Of a DNA stretch of 64,000 nt, positions 1-9,629 are shown one piece after another. Numbering within the stretch: the first letter of the stretch is position 1; each line of letters begins with the position of its first letter. Position numbers and translations under genes: made by a program. The stretch comes from Escherichia phage vB_EcoM_G2285, in the sequence record MK327933.1. One strand, given 5' to 3'. The notes beneath the pieces are model-generated. The model did no database searches. It saw only the letters and a list, made by a program, of their open reading frames with translations, and was not told the origin of the DNA.

Positions 1-1
1 T

Positions 2-644
<643 letters not shown>

Positions 645-646
645 TA

Positions 647-874
647 ATGGACGATTTAATTCAAGCTATTAAATCAAACGACCTCGTTGCTACTCGAAAG
701 TTTTTTGAAAGTGCAATGGCAGAAAAAACGGTTCGTTTGATTGAAGCACGCAAAGCAGAAATCGCTTCTCAATTTTTGATTGAAGGCGAAGAACCTGAAG
801 AAGAAGAGAAAGCTTCGGAAGACGACGAAGATGATGACGATGAAGACGAATATGATGATGAGGACGATGAATAA
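647..874 (+). CDS. 67: Prohead core protein gp67 with acidic tail
   Basis: 75-aa ORF with D/E-rich C-terminus, at the T4 gene 67 position. Confidence 0.7.
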   Translation: MDDLIQAIKSNDLVATRKFFESAMAEKTVRLIEARKAEIASQFLIEGEEPEEEEKASEDDEDDDDEDEYDDEDDE

Positions 875-1299
875 TGTATCTTATCCCTGAATCTTATGAA
901 TTGGTACTCGAAAATGTCGAAGCACTTATTCCTGAAGCACAGGGCCGAATCGATGCATTGTCTTCTGCTCTCGATATTGACGATATAAATACTATTATCG
1001 AGAACATGCTTGAAACTGAAACGGATTTAGCTGTTGCAATGGCTTCCATTATTAATGAAGAACAGTTAAATGAGTTTATCGTTAAACATGTTTCTTCTCG
1101 CGGTGAAGTCACTCGCACTAAAGACCGTAAAACTCGTGAACGTAACGCGTTCCAAACCACTGGTCTTTCTAAAGCAAAACGTAGACAAATCGCTCGTAAG
1201 GTCGTTAAAGCTAAAAAAGCTAACCCTTCAGGCCAAGTTAAAGGCTTGCGTAAGCGTAAAAAAGCTCTTAAACGTCGTAAAGCATTAGGATTAAGCTAA
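874..1299 (+). CDS. 68: Prohead core protein gp68
   Basis: 141 aa, basic C-terminus, ATGA-coupled to gene 67; synteny. Confidence 0.7.
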   Translation: MYLIPESYELVLENVEALIPEAQGRIDALSSALDIDDINTIIENMLETETDLAVAMASIINEEQLNEFIVKHVSSRGEVTRTKDRKTRERNAFQTTGLSKAKRRQIARKVVKAKKANPSGQVKGLRKRKKALKRRKALGLS

Positions 1300-1940
1300 T
1301 GAATAAACCCGAGTTACTTATTGAAACTTGGGGTCAACCCGGTGAGATTATTGATGGCGTTCCAATGTTGGAATCTCATGATGGAAAAGATTCTGGCTTA
1401 AAACCAGGGCTTTATATAGAAGGTATTTTTCTTCAGGCAGAGGTTGTTAACCGAAATAAGCGTTTATATCCTAAACGCGTTTTGGAAAAAGCAGTAAGTG
1501 ACTATATTAAAGAACAAGTCGCAACCAAACAAGCCCTTGGAGAATTAAACCATCCACCTCGTGCAAATGTTGACCCCATGCAAGCCGCTATCATTATTGA
1601 AGATATGTGGTGGAAAGGAAACGATGTATATGGACGTGCTAGAATTATTGAAGGCGACCATGGTCCCGGCGATAAATTAGCTGCTAATATACGAGCTGGT
1701 TGGATTCCAGGTGTTTCCTCTCGTGGTCTTGGTTCTTTAACCGACACCAATAAAGGGTACCGTATCGTGAACGAAGGATTTAAATTAACCGTCGGCGTAG
1801 ATGCCGTATGGGGACCTTCTGCTCCAGATGCTTGGGTTACTCCTAAACAAATATCAGAATCAGAGAATTCGGTGGAAATCACCAAAAACAGTGCTGATGA
1901 AGCATTTAAAGCTCTCGCAGAGAGTTTAAAAGCATTATAA
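1299..1940 (+). CDS. 21: Prohead core scaffold protein and protease gp21
   Basis: 213 aa (T4 gp21 about 212); synteny between 68 and 22. Confidence 0.85.
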   Translation: MNKPELLIETWGQPGEIIDGVPMLESHDGKDSGLKPGLYIEGIFLQAEVVNRNKRLYPKRVLEKAVSDYIKEQVATKQALGELNHPPRANVDPMQAAIIIEDMWWKGNDVYGRARIIEGDHGPGDKLAANIRAGWIPGVSSRGLGSLTDTNKGYRIVNEGFKLTVGVDAVWGPSAPDAWVTPKQISESENSVEITKNSADEAFKALAESLKAL

Positions 1941-1943
1941 ATA
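1936..1943 (+). promoter_or_regulatory. Late promoter TATAAATA upstream of gene 22
   Basis: Exact TATAAATA about 30 nt upstream of the gene 22 ATG. Confidence 0.55.
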
Positions 1944-1973
1944 ATAATGTAATCTAAACCACAGGACACTAAA

Positions 1974-2786
1974 ATGATCAAAGAACAACTTTTGAAAGAA
2001 GCTCAGAACATCGAGACTTCAGTTGCTCTTAATAGTGTTTTCGAATCAGTAGAACTGTCTCCGGACGTTAAAGCTAATTTCAGCACTGTATTCGAAGCCA
2101 CCGTTAAGCAGGAAGCAGTCAAACTGGCTGAATCTCATATCAAAGCCATCGCCGAAAAAGCCGAAGAAGAAGTTGAAAAGGCTAAAGAAGATGCTGAAGA
2201 GAAAGCTGATAAAAAATTGGCTGAACAAGCTTCTAAATTCCTAGACCATCTTGCAAAAGAATGGCTCGCAGAAAACCAAATCGCAGTTGATAAAGGCATT
2301 AAAGCTGATTTGTTCGAATCCATGCTTGGTGGTCTGAAAGAACTGTTTGTTGAACATAACGTTGTTGTTCCAGAAGAATCTGTAGATGTTGTAGCAGAAA
2401 TGGAAGAAGAGCTGGCCGAACATAAAGAAGAAACCGCTCGTTTGTTCGAAGAAGTTACCAAACGTGATGCATATATCAATTACGTTCAGCGTGAAACCGC
2501 TATTAATGAAAGCGTAAAAGACCTGACTGAATCTCAGAAAGAAAAAGTTATTGGCCTGGTTGAAGGTATGGATTATTCTGACGCATTTGGTACTAAGTTA
2601 ACTGCTATTGTAGAAATGGTTAAAGGTTCTACTAAAGAAGAAGCCGCTATTACCGAAAGTATAAATACAGTTGACAATGACGCTGCCGGTCTTAATTTTG
2701 TTGCCGAAGCAGTTGACACTACCACAACTCAGGTAGAACAGAATTCTAATGTAAGTTTATATGCGAAAGTCGCATCTCGTTTCTAA
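1974..2786 (+). CDS. 22: Prohead core scaffold protein gp22
   Basis: 270 aa, acidic, coiled-coil-like; synteny. Confidence 0.8.
   Translation: MIKEQLLKEAQNIETSVALNSVFESVELSPDVKANFSTVFEATVKQEAVKLAESHIKAIAEKAEEEVEKAKEDAEEKADKKLAEQASKFLDHLAKEWLAENQIAVDKGIKADLFESMLGGLKELFVEHNVVVPEESVDVVAEMEEELAEHKEETARLFEEVTKRDAYINYVQRETAINESVKDLTESQKEKVIGLVEGMDYSDAFGTKLTAIVEMVKGSTKEEAAITESINTVDNDAAGLNFVAEAVDTTTTQVEQNSNVSLYAKVASRF
2660..2667 (+). promoter_or_regulatory. Late promoter TATAAATA inside the 3' end of gene 22 (P23-like)
   Basis: Exact TATAAATA about 140 nt upstream of the gene 23 start. Confidence 0.5.
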
Positions 2787-2803
2787 TTTAAAGGTTAACA
2801 CAA

Positions 2804-4372
2804 ATGACTACTATCAAAACTAAAGCTCAGCTCGTAGACAAATGGAAAGAACTGCTGGAAGGTGAAGGCCTGCCGGAAATCGCTAATAGCAAGCAGGCTA
2901 TTATCGCTAAAATCTTCGAAAACCAGGAAAAAGATTTCGAAGTATCCCCTGAATATAAAGACGAGAAAATCGCTCAGGCATTTGGTTCTTTCTTGACCGA
3001 AGCTGAAATTGGTGGTGACCATGGTTATAATGCTCAGAACATCGCAGCGGGTCAAACCTCTGGTGCAGTAACCCAAATTGGGCCGGCAGTTATGGGTATG
3101 GTTCGTCGTGCTATTCCTAATCTGATCGCTTTTGATATTTGTGGTGTTCAGCCTATGAACAGCCCTACCGGTCAGGTATTTGCTCTCCGTGCAGTATATG
3201 GTAAAGACCCTATCGCTGCCGGCGCTAAAGAAGCTTTCCATCCGATGTATGCTCCAGACGCGATGTTCTCTGGTCAGGGTGCTGCTAAGAAATTCCCAGC
3301 TCTGGCTGCTAGCACACAAACCACTGTAGGTGATATCTATACTCACTTCTTCCAGGAAACTGGTACTGTATATCTGCAAGCTTCTGTTCAAGTAACAATC
3401 GATGCTGGTGCGACTGATGCTGCTAAATTAGATGCCGAAGTTAAGAAACAAATGGAAGCTGGTGCACTGGTAGAAATCGCTGAAGGTATGGCTACTTCTA
3501 TCGCTGAACTCCAGGAAGGTTTCAACGGTTCTACCGATAACCCATGGAATGAAATGGGCTTCCGTATCGATAAACAAGTTATCGAAGCTAAATCTCGCCA
3601 GCTGAAAGCTGCTTACTCTATCGAATTAGCACAAGACCTCCGTGCAGTACACGGTATGGATGCTGACGCTGAACTGAGCGGTATTCTGGCTACAGAAATT
3701 ATGCTAGAAATCAACCGTGAAGTTGTTGATTGGATTAACTACTCGGCACAGGTTGGTAAATCTGGTATGACCCTGACTCCGGGTTCTAAAGCTGGTGTAT
3801 TTGACTTCCAGGACCCGATTGATATCCGTGGTGCTCGTTGGGCCGGTGAAAGCTTTAAATCTCTGTTGTTCCAGATTGATAAAGAAGCAGTTGAAATTGC
3901 TCGTCAAACCGGTCGTGGTGAAGGTAACTTCATTATCGCTTCCCGTAACGTAGTTAACGTACTGGCTTCAGTTGATACTGGTATTTCTTACGCTGCACAG
4001 GGTCTGGCTTCTGGTTTTAATACCGACACTACTAAGTCTGTATTTGCCGGTGTACTTGGTGGTAAATACCGCGTATACATCGACCAGTATGCTAAACAGG
4101 ATTACTTCACCGTTGGTTACAAAGGCGCTAACGAAATGGATGCAGGTATTTACTATGCTCCTTACGTTGCACTTACCCCACTGCGTGGTTCCGATCCTAA
4201 GAACTTCCAGCCGGTAATGGGCTTTAAAACTCGTTACGGTATCGGTGTTAACCCGTTTGCTGAAAGTTCCCTGCAGGCTCCAGGTGCTCGCATCCAGTCC
4301 GGTATGCCGTCTATCCTGAACAGCCTTGGTAAGAACGCTTACTTTAGACGTGTATATGTAAAAGGCATCTAA
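2804..4372 (+). CDS. 23: Major capsid protein gp23
   Basis: 522 aa (T4 gp23 521); sequence reads as gp23. Confidence 0.95.
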   Translation: MTTIKTKAQLVDKWKELLEGEGLPEIANSKQAIIAKIFENQEKDFEVSPEYKDEKIAQAFGSFLTEAEIGGDHGYNAQNIAAGQTSGAVTQIGPAVMGMVRRAIPNLIAFDICGVQPMNSPTGQVFALRAVYGKDPIAAGAKEAFHPMYAPDAMFSGQGAAKKFPALAASTQTTVGDIYTHFFQETGTVYLQASVQVTIDAGATDAAKLDAEVKKQMEAGALVEIAEGMATSIAELQEGFNGSTDNPWNEMGFRIDKQVIEAKSRQLKAAYSIELAQDLRAVHGMDADAELSGILATEIMLEINREVVDWINYSAQVGKSGMTLTPGSKAGVFDFQDPIDIRGARWAGESFKSLLFQIDKEAVEIARQTGRGEGNFIIASRNVVNVLASVDTGISYAAQGLASGFNTDTTKSVFAGVLGGKYRVYIDQYAKQDYFTVGYKGANEMDAGIYYAPYVALTPLRGSDPKNFQPVMGFKTRYGIGVNPFAESSLQAPGARIQSGMPSILNSLGKNAYFRRVYVKGI

Positions 4373-4396
4373 TCTTAATTGATTAAATCTTATTTT

Positions 4397-4414
4397 GGGA
4401 GACTTCGGTCTCCC
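4397..4414 (+). terminator. Intrinsic terminator after gene 23 (gggagac-ttcg-gtctccc followed by T-run)
   Basis: Perfect 7-bp stem, UUCG loop, then attttt. Confidence 0.7.
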
Positions 4415-4424
4415 ATTTTTGGTT

Positions 4425-4694
4425 TTATTTCTGTGCAATTTCGATGTAAGTTTTCAAAATATTTTGCCAATTAGGCATACCTTCTTGGACATATGCTGGA
4501 GAACAGTCTTTGTTTTTGAATGATGCAAGTTTATCAGTGGCCCAATAACCTTTAGCTCGAGCTTCAGAATCAACTTTCATCCATACTTTGTTGAAGGCGT
4601 TACCATTAACTTTTGCACCATATTTTTCTACTAACTTAACCGCTTCAGCTTCCAGAACTTTTAAAGTATCTCTTAAGAAACGTGCTTTAGTCAT
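4425..4694 (-). CDS. Hypothetical early protein, 89 aa, at the locus where T4 carries segD
   Basis: ATG at 4692-4694 preceded by GAGGAG; early-type promoter just upstream on the same strand; no recognisable motif. Confidence 0.55.
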   Translation of the reverse strand: MTKARFLRDTLKVLEAEAVKLVEKYGAKVNGNAFNKVWMKVDSEARAKGYWATDKLASFKNKDCSPAYVQEGMPNWQNILKTYIEIAQK

Positions 4695-4715
4695 TTTGTT
4701 TACTCCTCTGTAGTT

Positions 4716-4760
4716 GATAAGTCTATAGTATCACATACCAAATACGTTGTAAACAATCTT
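4716..4760 (-). promoter_or_regulatory. T4 early-type promoter (GTTTAC -35, TACTAT-like -10) for the 89-aa ORF
   Basis: Minus strand reads GTTTACAACGTATTTGGTATGTGATACTAT. Confidence 0.5.
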
Positions 4761-4768
4761 TATAAATA
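4761..4768 (+). promoter_or_regulatory. Late promoter TATAAATA for gene 24
   Basis: Exact TATAAATA 28 nt upstream of the gene 24 ATG. Confidence 0.6.
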
Positions 4769-4795
4769 ATCTATATCACATAAGGAAAAAATGCA

Positions 4796-6079
4796 ATGAG
4801 TAAAATCCAAAAATTATTGCGTGAATCTACAACGTCTACTAGCAACTCAATTGGTCGCCCAAATCTCGTTGCTTTGACTCGCGCTACGACTAAATTAATA
4901 TATTCTGACATTGTAGCAACACAAAGAACTAATCAACCTGTTGCTGCTTTTTATGGTATCAAATATCTTAACCCAGACAATGAATTTACATTTAAAACTG
5001 GTGCTACTTATGCTGGCGAAGTTGGATATGTAGACCGAGAAAAAATTACTGAACTCACAGAAGAATCAAAAGTCACACTAAATAAAGGTGATTTTTTCAA
5101 ATATAATAATATCGTTTATAAGGTGTTAGAAGATACACCATTTGCAGATATTCGAGAAAGTGATCTAGAATTAGCTCTTCAGATTGCAGTCGTTCATTTA
5201 AAGGTACGGTTATTTTCAGATGCAGCGGTAACAAGCAAATTTGAAAGCTCTGATAGCGAAATTTCTGATGCAAGATTCCAGATTAATAAATGGCAAACTT
5301 CAGTCAAATCTCGTAAACTTAAAACCGGCCTCACGGTTGAATTAGCGCAAGATTTGGAAGCGAATGGATTTGATGCCCCTAACTTCTTAGAGGATTTGCT
5401 TGCTACTGAAATGGCTGATGAAATTAATAAAGATATTCTTCAGTCTTTAATTACTGTATCGAAACGTTATAAAGTTACTGGAATTACTGACACCGGATTT
5501 ATTGACTTGAGCTATGCATCCGCTCCAGAAGCAGGTCGTTCATTATATCGAATGGTGTGTGAAATGGTATCACACATTCAAAAAGAGACAACTTATACTG
5601 CAACGTTTTGTGTAGCCTCAGCTCGTGCAGCTGCTATTCTTGCTGCTTCTGGTTGGTTAAAACATAAGCCAGAAGATGACAAGTATCTTTCACAAAATGC
5701 TTATGGATTCTTGGCAAATGGATTACCTCTTTACTGCGATACCAACAGTCCATTAGATTATGTTATTGTGGGTGTTGTAGAAAATATCGGCGAAAAAGAA
5801 ATTGTAGGGTCCATCTTTTATGCTCCATACACTGAAGGAGTAGATTTAGATGACCCGGAACATGTCGGTGCTTTTAAAGTTGTAGTTGATCCAGAAAGCT
5901 TGCAACCGTCTATCGGATTATTGGTTAGATATGCTTTATCAGCAAATCCTTACACAGTAGCAAAAGATGAAAAAGAAGCGAGAATAATTGATGGCGGGGA
6001 CATGGATAAAATGGCAGGACGTTCAGACTTGTCTGTTTTACTCGGTGTTAAGCTACCAAAAATTATCATTGATGAATAA
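4796..6079 (+). CDS. 24: Capsid vertex protein gp24
   Basis: 427 aa (T4 gp24 427); gp23-like fold signature. Confidence 0.9.
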   Translation: MSKIQKLLRESTTSTSNSIGRPNLVALTRATTKLIYSDIVATQRTNQPVAAFYGIKYLNPDNEFTFKTGATYAGEVGYVDREKITELTEESKVTLNKGDFFKYNNIVYKVLEDTPFADIRESDLELALQIAVVHLKVRLFSDAAVTSKFESSDSEISDARFQINKWQTSVKSRKLKTGLTVELAQDLEANGFDAPNFLEDLLATEMADEINKDILQSLITVSKRYKVTGITDTGFIDLSYASAPEAGRSLYRMVCEMVSHIQKETTYTATFCVASARAAAILAASGWLKHKPEDDKYLSQNAYGFLANGLPLYCDTNSPLDYVIVGVVENIGEKEIVGSIFYAPYTEGVDLDDPEHVGAFKVVVDPESLQPSIGLLVRYALSANPYTVAKDEKEARIIDGGDMDKMAGRSDLSVLLGVKLPKIIIDE

Positions 6080-6085
6080 AACAAA

Positions 6086-6106
6086 GGGACCTTACGGTCC
6101 CTTTTT
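6086..6106. terminator. Bidirectional hairpin terminator between convergent genes 24 and rnlB
   Basis: gggacc-ttac-ggtccc flanked by an A-run and a T-run. Confidence 0.7.
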
Positions 6107-6108
6107 CG

Positions 6109-7107
6109 TTATGATACTAATTCAATCCATGCAGGACGCAGAACATCTTGCACCATTCGGACTAATTCTTTCTTAACAAGATTCGGATTATCAGATGATG
6201 TTAATACAATACCTTCGCGAGAAGTTTCTTCCAGAATATCTTGAACAGTCAATCCCATCACTTTGCCAAAATCTTTTGGCGTTACATCCCCAATCTTAGA
6301 AATCACATTATTAACACGATTTAATGTAACATAGCAAGCTAGAACATCAAGCAAGTTTTTGTCAATTTCGGTTAATGGAACCTGAGTTTTAATAGGCTTA
6401 TCAGACTTTTTCTTTTCACTGAATTTAGAGTTCTTGCACTTAATAGCTACACGAGTACCGTTTGGCAGCCATTTAGGGAAACAAGGCTTCAGAACATAAC
6501 CTTCTGCTGTATTATTGCCAATAACATTAGCATCAAATACGCAATTATTTGCTTCGACAAGGTCTTCTGACGCAGTAGCATTATAAGCGGCTAAGACGGA
6601 ATCAAGGTCGTTTGGAATCGTGATAAGAGAATCAAATGTTCCACGTCCAAGCATTGGTGCCATTTTAAAACCGAATTCATTACAGAAATCTTGCATTTCG
6701 TAATCGGTCAAATACGTATTATCACCACTTTCTGTATTGATAAGGATATCGAACACATAAAAATCTTTTTCACCGTAGTCAACACCTTTCTGGATTCCAC
6801 CACCAGCGAATTCACCAAAGACCTGATATGATACAGCTCGAGAACTACCCATTACTTCTTGAACGTTTTTAATAGCCTTATCATACTTCTTGAGTACAAT
6901 TTCATAACCATAAAAATCTTCTGCTGGAAGAATAGGGCCTGTGCGCTTGGCGCATGTGACGTTGTCACGTTCAATTATTAACGAGAAGTTGGTCCCATGG
7001 ATTTTCTCACGTGCTACCCAAACACCAGTAGACAAACCATTAGTGTAGAGTTTTTCAATAAACTTAGAGTTATAGTGGTTTTCAAGACTGCTGTATTTCT
7101 TAAACAT
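6109..7107 (-). CDS. rnlB: RNA ligase 2 (Rnl2)
   Basis: 332 aa; nucleotidyltransferase motif I KIHGTN; reads as T4 Rnl2. Confidence 0.9.
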   Translation of the reverse strand: MFKKYSSLENHYNSKFIEKLYTNGLSTGVWVAREKIHGTNFSLIIERDNVTCAKRTGPILPAEDFYGYEIVLKKYDKAIKNVQEVMGSSRAVSYQVFGEFAGGGIQKGVDYGEKDFYVFDILINTESGDNTYLTDYEMQDFCNEFGFKMAPMLGRGTFDSLITIPNDLDSVLAAYNATASEDLVEANNCVFDANVIGNNTAEGYVLKPCFPKWLPNGTRVAIKCKNSKFSEKKKSDKPIKTQVPLTEIDKNLLDVLACYVTLNRVNNVISKIGDVTPKDFGKVMGLTVQDILEETSREGIVLTSSDNPNLVKKELVRMVQDVLRPAWIELVS

Positions 7108-7226
7108 AAATCACCATTATAAATAATAATATCAAAATAATTAGCAGAGACTCTATCTCTGGCCCAATGTTTAATTTGAATGGATAGAACCTAGATTCAT
7201 TATACCATCAAAAAATGTAAAGCATA

Positions 7227-7478
7227 TTAGAACTTGATTTCTATCCAGCGCCCATCACGCTGGTCGTGATTAATTTTGTACTGAAAGCCATTATCACGTA
7301 ACCACTGCCCGACTTGCTCGGTGATAGTTAAATCATTCTTTGACGGGTAGTACGTGAATTGTGTCTGGCCTTTGTCAGCGGCTTTCTCTGCCATCGCAGA
7401 GAAGTTAGTAATAAAATCACTCAACAAATTAGCTTTAGTGGCCAGAGCCCTTTCTCTTAATTCCTGTGCAAAACTCAT
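7227..7478 (-). CDS. Hypothetical protein (24.2-like position)
   Basis: 83-aa ORF coupled to neighbours; no motif recognised. Confidence 0.5.
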   Translation of the reverse strand: MSFAQELRERALATKANLLSDFITNFSAMAEKAADKGQTQFTYYPSKNDLTITEQVGQWLRDNGFQYKINHDQRDGRWIEIKF

Positions 7479-7675
7479 TTCTTCACCTTTTTGTTAATCA
7501 AACGTTTACGGTATACAACTTTTTCTTTTGCTTTAAACTTTGACCGAGCTATCTCGGCTTTAGTCCATAGTAATCCAACTTCTTTAGGTTGTAAACCAAT
7601 TTTTTGAGCAATTTCTACGAATGAAAATCCCGCCTCATGTAATGTATAAACTTCAACTTCAGCTCTCATAATCAA
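7475..7675 (-). CDS. Small protein with predicted helix-turn-helix (24.3-like position)
   Basis: 66 aa; segment FSFVEIAQKIGLQPKEVGLLW resembles an HTH; basic C-terminus. Confidence 0.5.
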   Translation of the reverse strand: MIMRAEVEVYTLHEAGFSFVEIAQKIGLQPKEVGLLWTKAEIARSKFKAKEKVVYRKRLINKKVKK

Positions 7676-7750
7676 TCCCGTACTATTTGGTTTGTGCCAT
7701 TATATACATTAATCTCAAGTTGTGTTTTGTATGCTTTAAAAACGAAGAAA

Positions 7751-7764
7751 GGGGCCGAAGCCCC
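7751..7764 (-). terminator. Hairpin terminator downstream of hoc
   Basis: ggggc-cgaa-gcccc with a U-run on the minus strand. Confidence 0.6.
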
Positions 7765-7770
7765 TTACGA

Positions 7771-8901
7771 TTATGGATATGTATAGATGATACCAGTTTC
7801 CAAAGCAGTTTTATGGATGATGTATCCATTACGTGATTCTTGAACATCAACTTCTGGATAGTCTTTCAACATCTTCTGAAGAGTGTAACGATGCAGGTAG
7901 TATTTACTATCCGGATCTTCAGTTTTCCAATCTTTACCTTCTTCAGTCATTTTTTGTATTTCATCCATAACCCACCAACCGCACCAGATGTAAGCTGAAG
8001 TACGATGTGGAAGAGGATGAACATAAGGTAATTCACCTTCTGGTTCTGGAGCAACTTTATCAGTTACCTGAACTTGACCTTCCGCTGTAATAGTTTTGCT
8101 ATCATAATCAGTAGCAGTAACAGTAGCAGTAACTTCAATAGTTTGACTTCCAATAGATGAGGTATCAACGGTATATACATTAGTTGACCCTTCTACAGGA
8201 GAAGAATCTTTCTTCCATGAATACGTAATTTGCGCTTCTTCTGGAGCATCCGTAACATTAGCCGTAAATGTAGCTGAAGCATCTTGCTGAACGTTAATAG
8301 AAGGAGGAGTCAATGTAACCTGTGGATTCATTGTCTTCTTATTAACCGTTAATGATACTTCATTCGAAGTAACTTCCTTTGCATCATAATCTGTCGCGGT
8401 TACTTGGGCTACACATTTAATTCTTTTTACTCCACTTGTAGTTGGAGTATAGCTAAATGTAGAGTTAGTTTCTCCACCAACCTGTGAATCATCTACATAC
8501 CATTGATAAGTAGCGTTTGCGCCCGATGGCTGCGAAGCTAAAGCGGCAGTAAATTCAATAGCTGTTCCGATTACTCCAGCTGAAGGGCTATTAGGAGTTA
8601 CGGCTAAGGTAGTCGACTGTGTCTTATTTTTAACTGTGATAGTTGTTGTCGCTTCAGCCGTTTCCGGGCCTCCTTCAGAAAGTGTATTTGTTGCAACAAC
8701 TTTAATTGTTTTTGTTCCAGCAGGTCCTTTTAACACATAATCAAAAGTTTCTGCCGATCCTACTTGAGGAGCATCGTCTACACTCCATGCATAGGTAATA
8801 GTTCCGCCTCCAGTTTCACCACTGGGTGTAGCAGTAAACTGCTGAGTCTGATCTATAACTCCGGTAGGTGTTTTAGGAGTTATATCAACTGTAAAAGCCA
8901 T
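7771..8901 (-). CDS. hoc: Highly immunogenic outer capsid protein Hoc (Ig-like repeats)
   Basis: 376 aa (T4 Hoc 376); T/S/V-rich beta-type repeats and conserved C-terminal capsid-binding region. Confidence 0.85.
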   Translation of the reverse strand: MAFTVDITPKTPTGVIDQTQQFTATPSGETGGGTITYAWSVDDAPQVGSAETFDYVLKGPAGTKTIKVVATNTLSEGGPETAEATTTITVKNKTQSTTLAVTPNSPSAGVIGTAIEFTAALASQPSGANATYQWYVDDSQVGGETNSTFSYTPTTSGVKRIKCVAQVTATDYDAKEVTSNEVSLTVNKKTMNPQVTLTPPSINVQQDASATFTANVTDAPEEAQITYSWKKDSSPVEGSTNVYTVDTSSIGSQTIEVTATVTATDYDSKTITAEGQVQVTDKVAPEPEGELPYVHPLPHRTSAYIWCGWWVMDEIQKMTEEGKDWKTEDPDSKYYLHRYTLQKMLKDYPEVDVQESRNGYIIHKTALETGIIYTYP

Positions 8902-8910
8902 AAGTTATCC

Positions 8911-9579
8911 TTATTTTAATGTTACGAAAGAAGAATTGCGTGTTTCACGAATTAAAACTGATCCATCGCGATTAATATAATAAATTAAGCTAAATAATGT
9001 TTGGTGAGCAGAAGCGTGCACAAAACTAGTTGGGCGAGATTTCCAATCTGGGGTTTCGGCTATCCATTGATAAATCCACCAAGGAACAGTAACATATCCT
9101 GGGCCTTTGCCTAATTTAATGAGTGTAGGACTAAAATTTTCAGGCAGAACAAATTTTACTTCTTTATTTACCTCTGTCTCAGGCTCTTTTTCAGATTCAA
9201 TAACCTGAGTAATTGCTTCTTCGAATTTATCATGGTCGAATTCTTTTTCTTGTTCGACAACTTCTAATACTTCAACTTGTTCTGTTGGAGAATCAAACAA
9301 CAGAATAGCTTCTTCTTTAACTTCTTCGTTGGTGAAATTAACACCGTCCACATCATCTGCGGCAGTAATTAAATCGGTGATAGATAATCCATCAGTTTCA
9401 GGTAATGGTTCATCAGCCAGTGCGTTAAGAGCTTCTTCGATATCAATAACAATATTATCGAATGATTTTGTTTTCTTAACACTAATGCCAAATTGTTTCG
9501 CATATTCGAACAGTTTAGCTTTGGCTTCCTTTTTATCAGAAAGAGCACGTAACTCTTCAATATAGTCTTTATCGATCAT
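8911..9579 (-). CDS. inh: Inhibitor of prohead protease (Inh)
   Basis: 222 aa at the T4 inh position. Confidence 0.65.
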   Translation of the reverse strand: MIDKDYIEELRALSDKKEAKAKLFEYAKQFGISVKKTKSFDNIVIDIEEALNALADEPLPETDGLSITDLITAADDVDGVNFTNEEVKEEAILLFDSPTEQVEVLEVVEQEKEFDHDKFEEAITQVIESEKEPETEVNKEVKFVLPENFSPTLIKLGKGPGYVTVPWWIYQWIAETPDWKSRPTSFVHASAHQTLFSLIYYINRDGSVLIRETRNSSFVTLK

Positions 9580-9592
9580 GATATTTCCTCAT

Positions 9593-9600
9593 TATAAATA
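9593..9600 (+). promoter_or_regulatory. Late promoter TATAAATA upstream of uvsW
   Basis: Exact TATAAATA 30 nt upstream of the uvsW ATG. Confidence 0.5.
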
Positions 9601-9629
9601 TAACTATATTTATTACATGGTAATTTGAC

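Noticed and set aside
894-4438. Antisense ORFs inside genes 68, 21, 22 and 23 (for example 894-1160, 1502-1981, 2795-3391, 3968-4438 on the minus strand)
   Set aside because: They lie entirely within well-supported structural genes on the opposite strand, have no RBS or promoter and odd composition; treated as frame artefacts.
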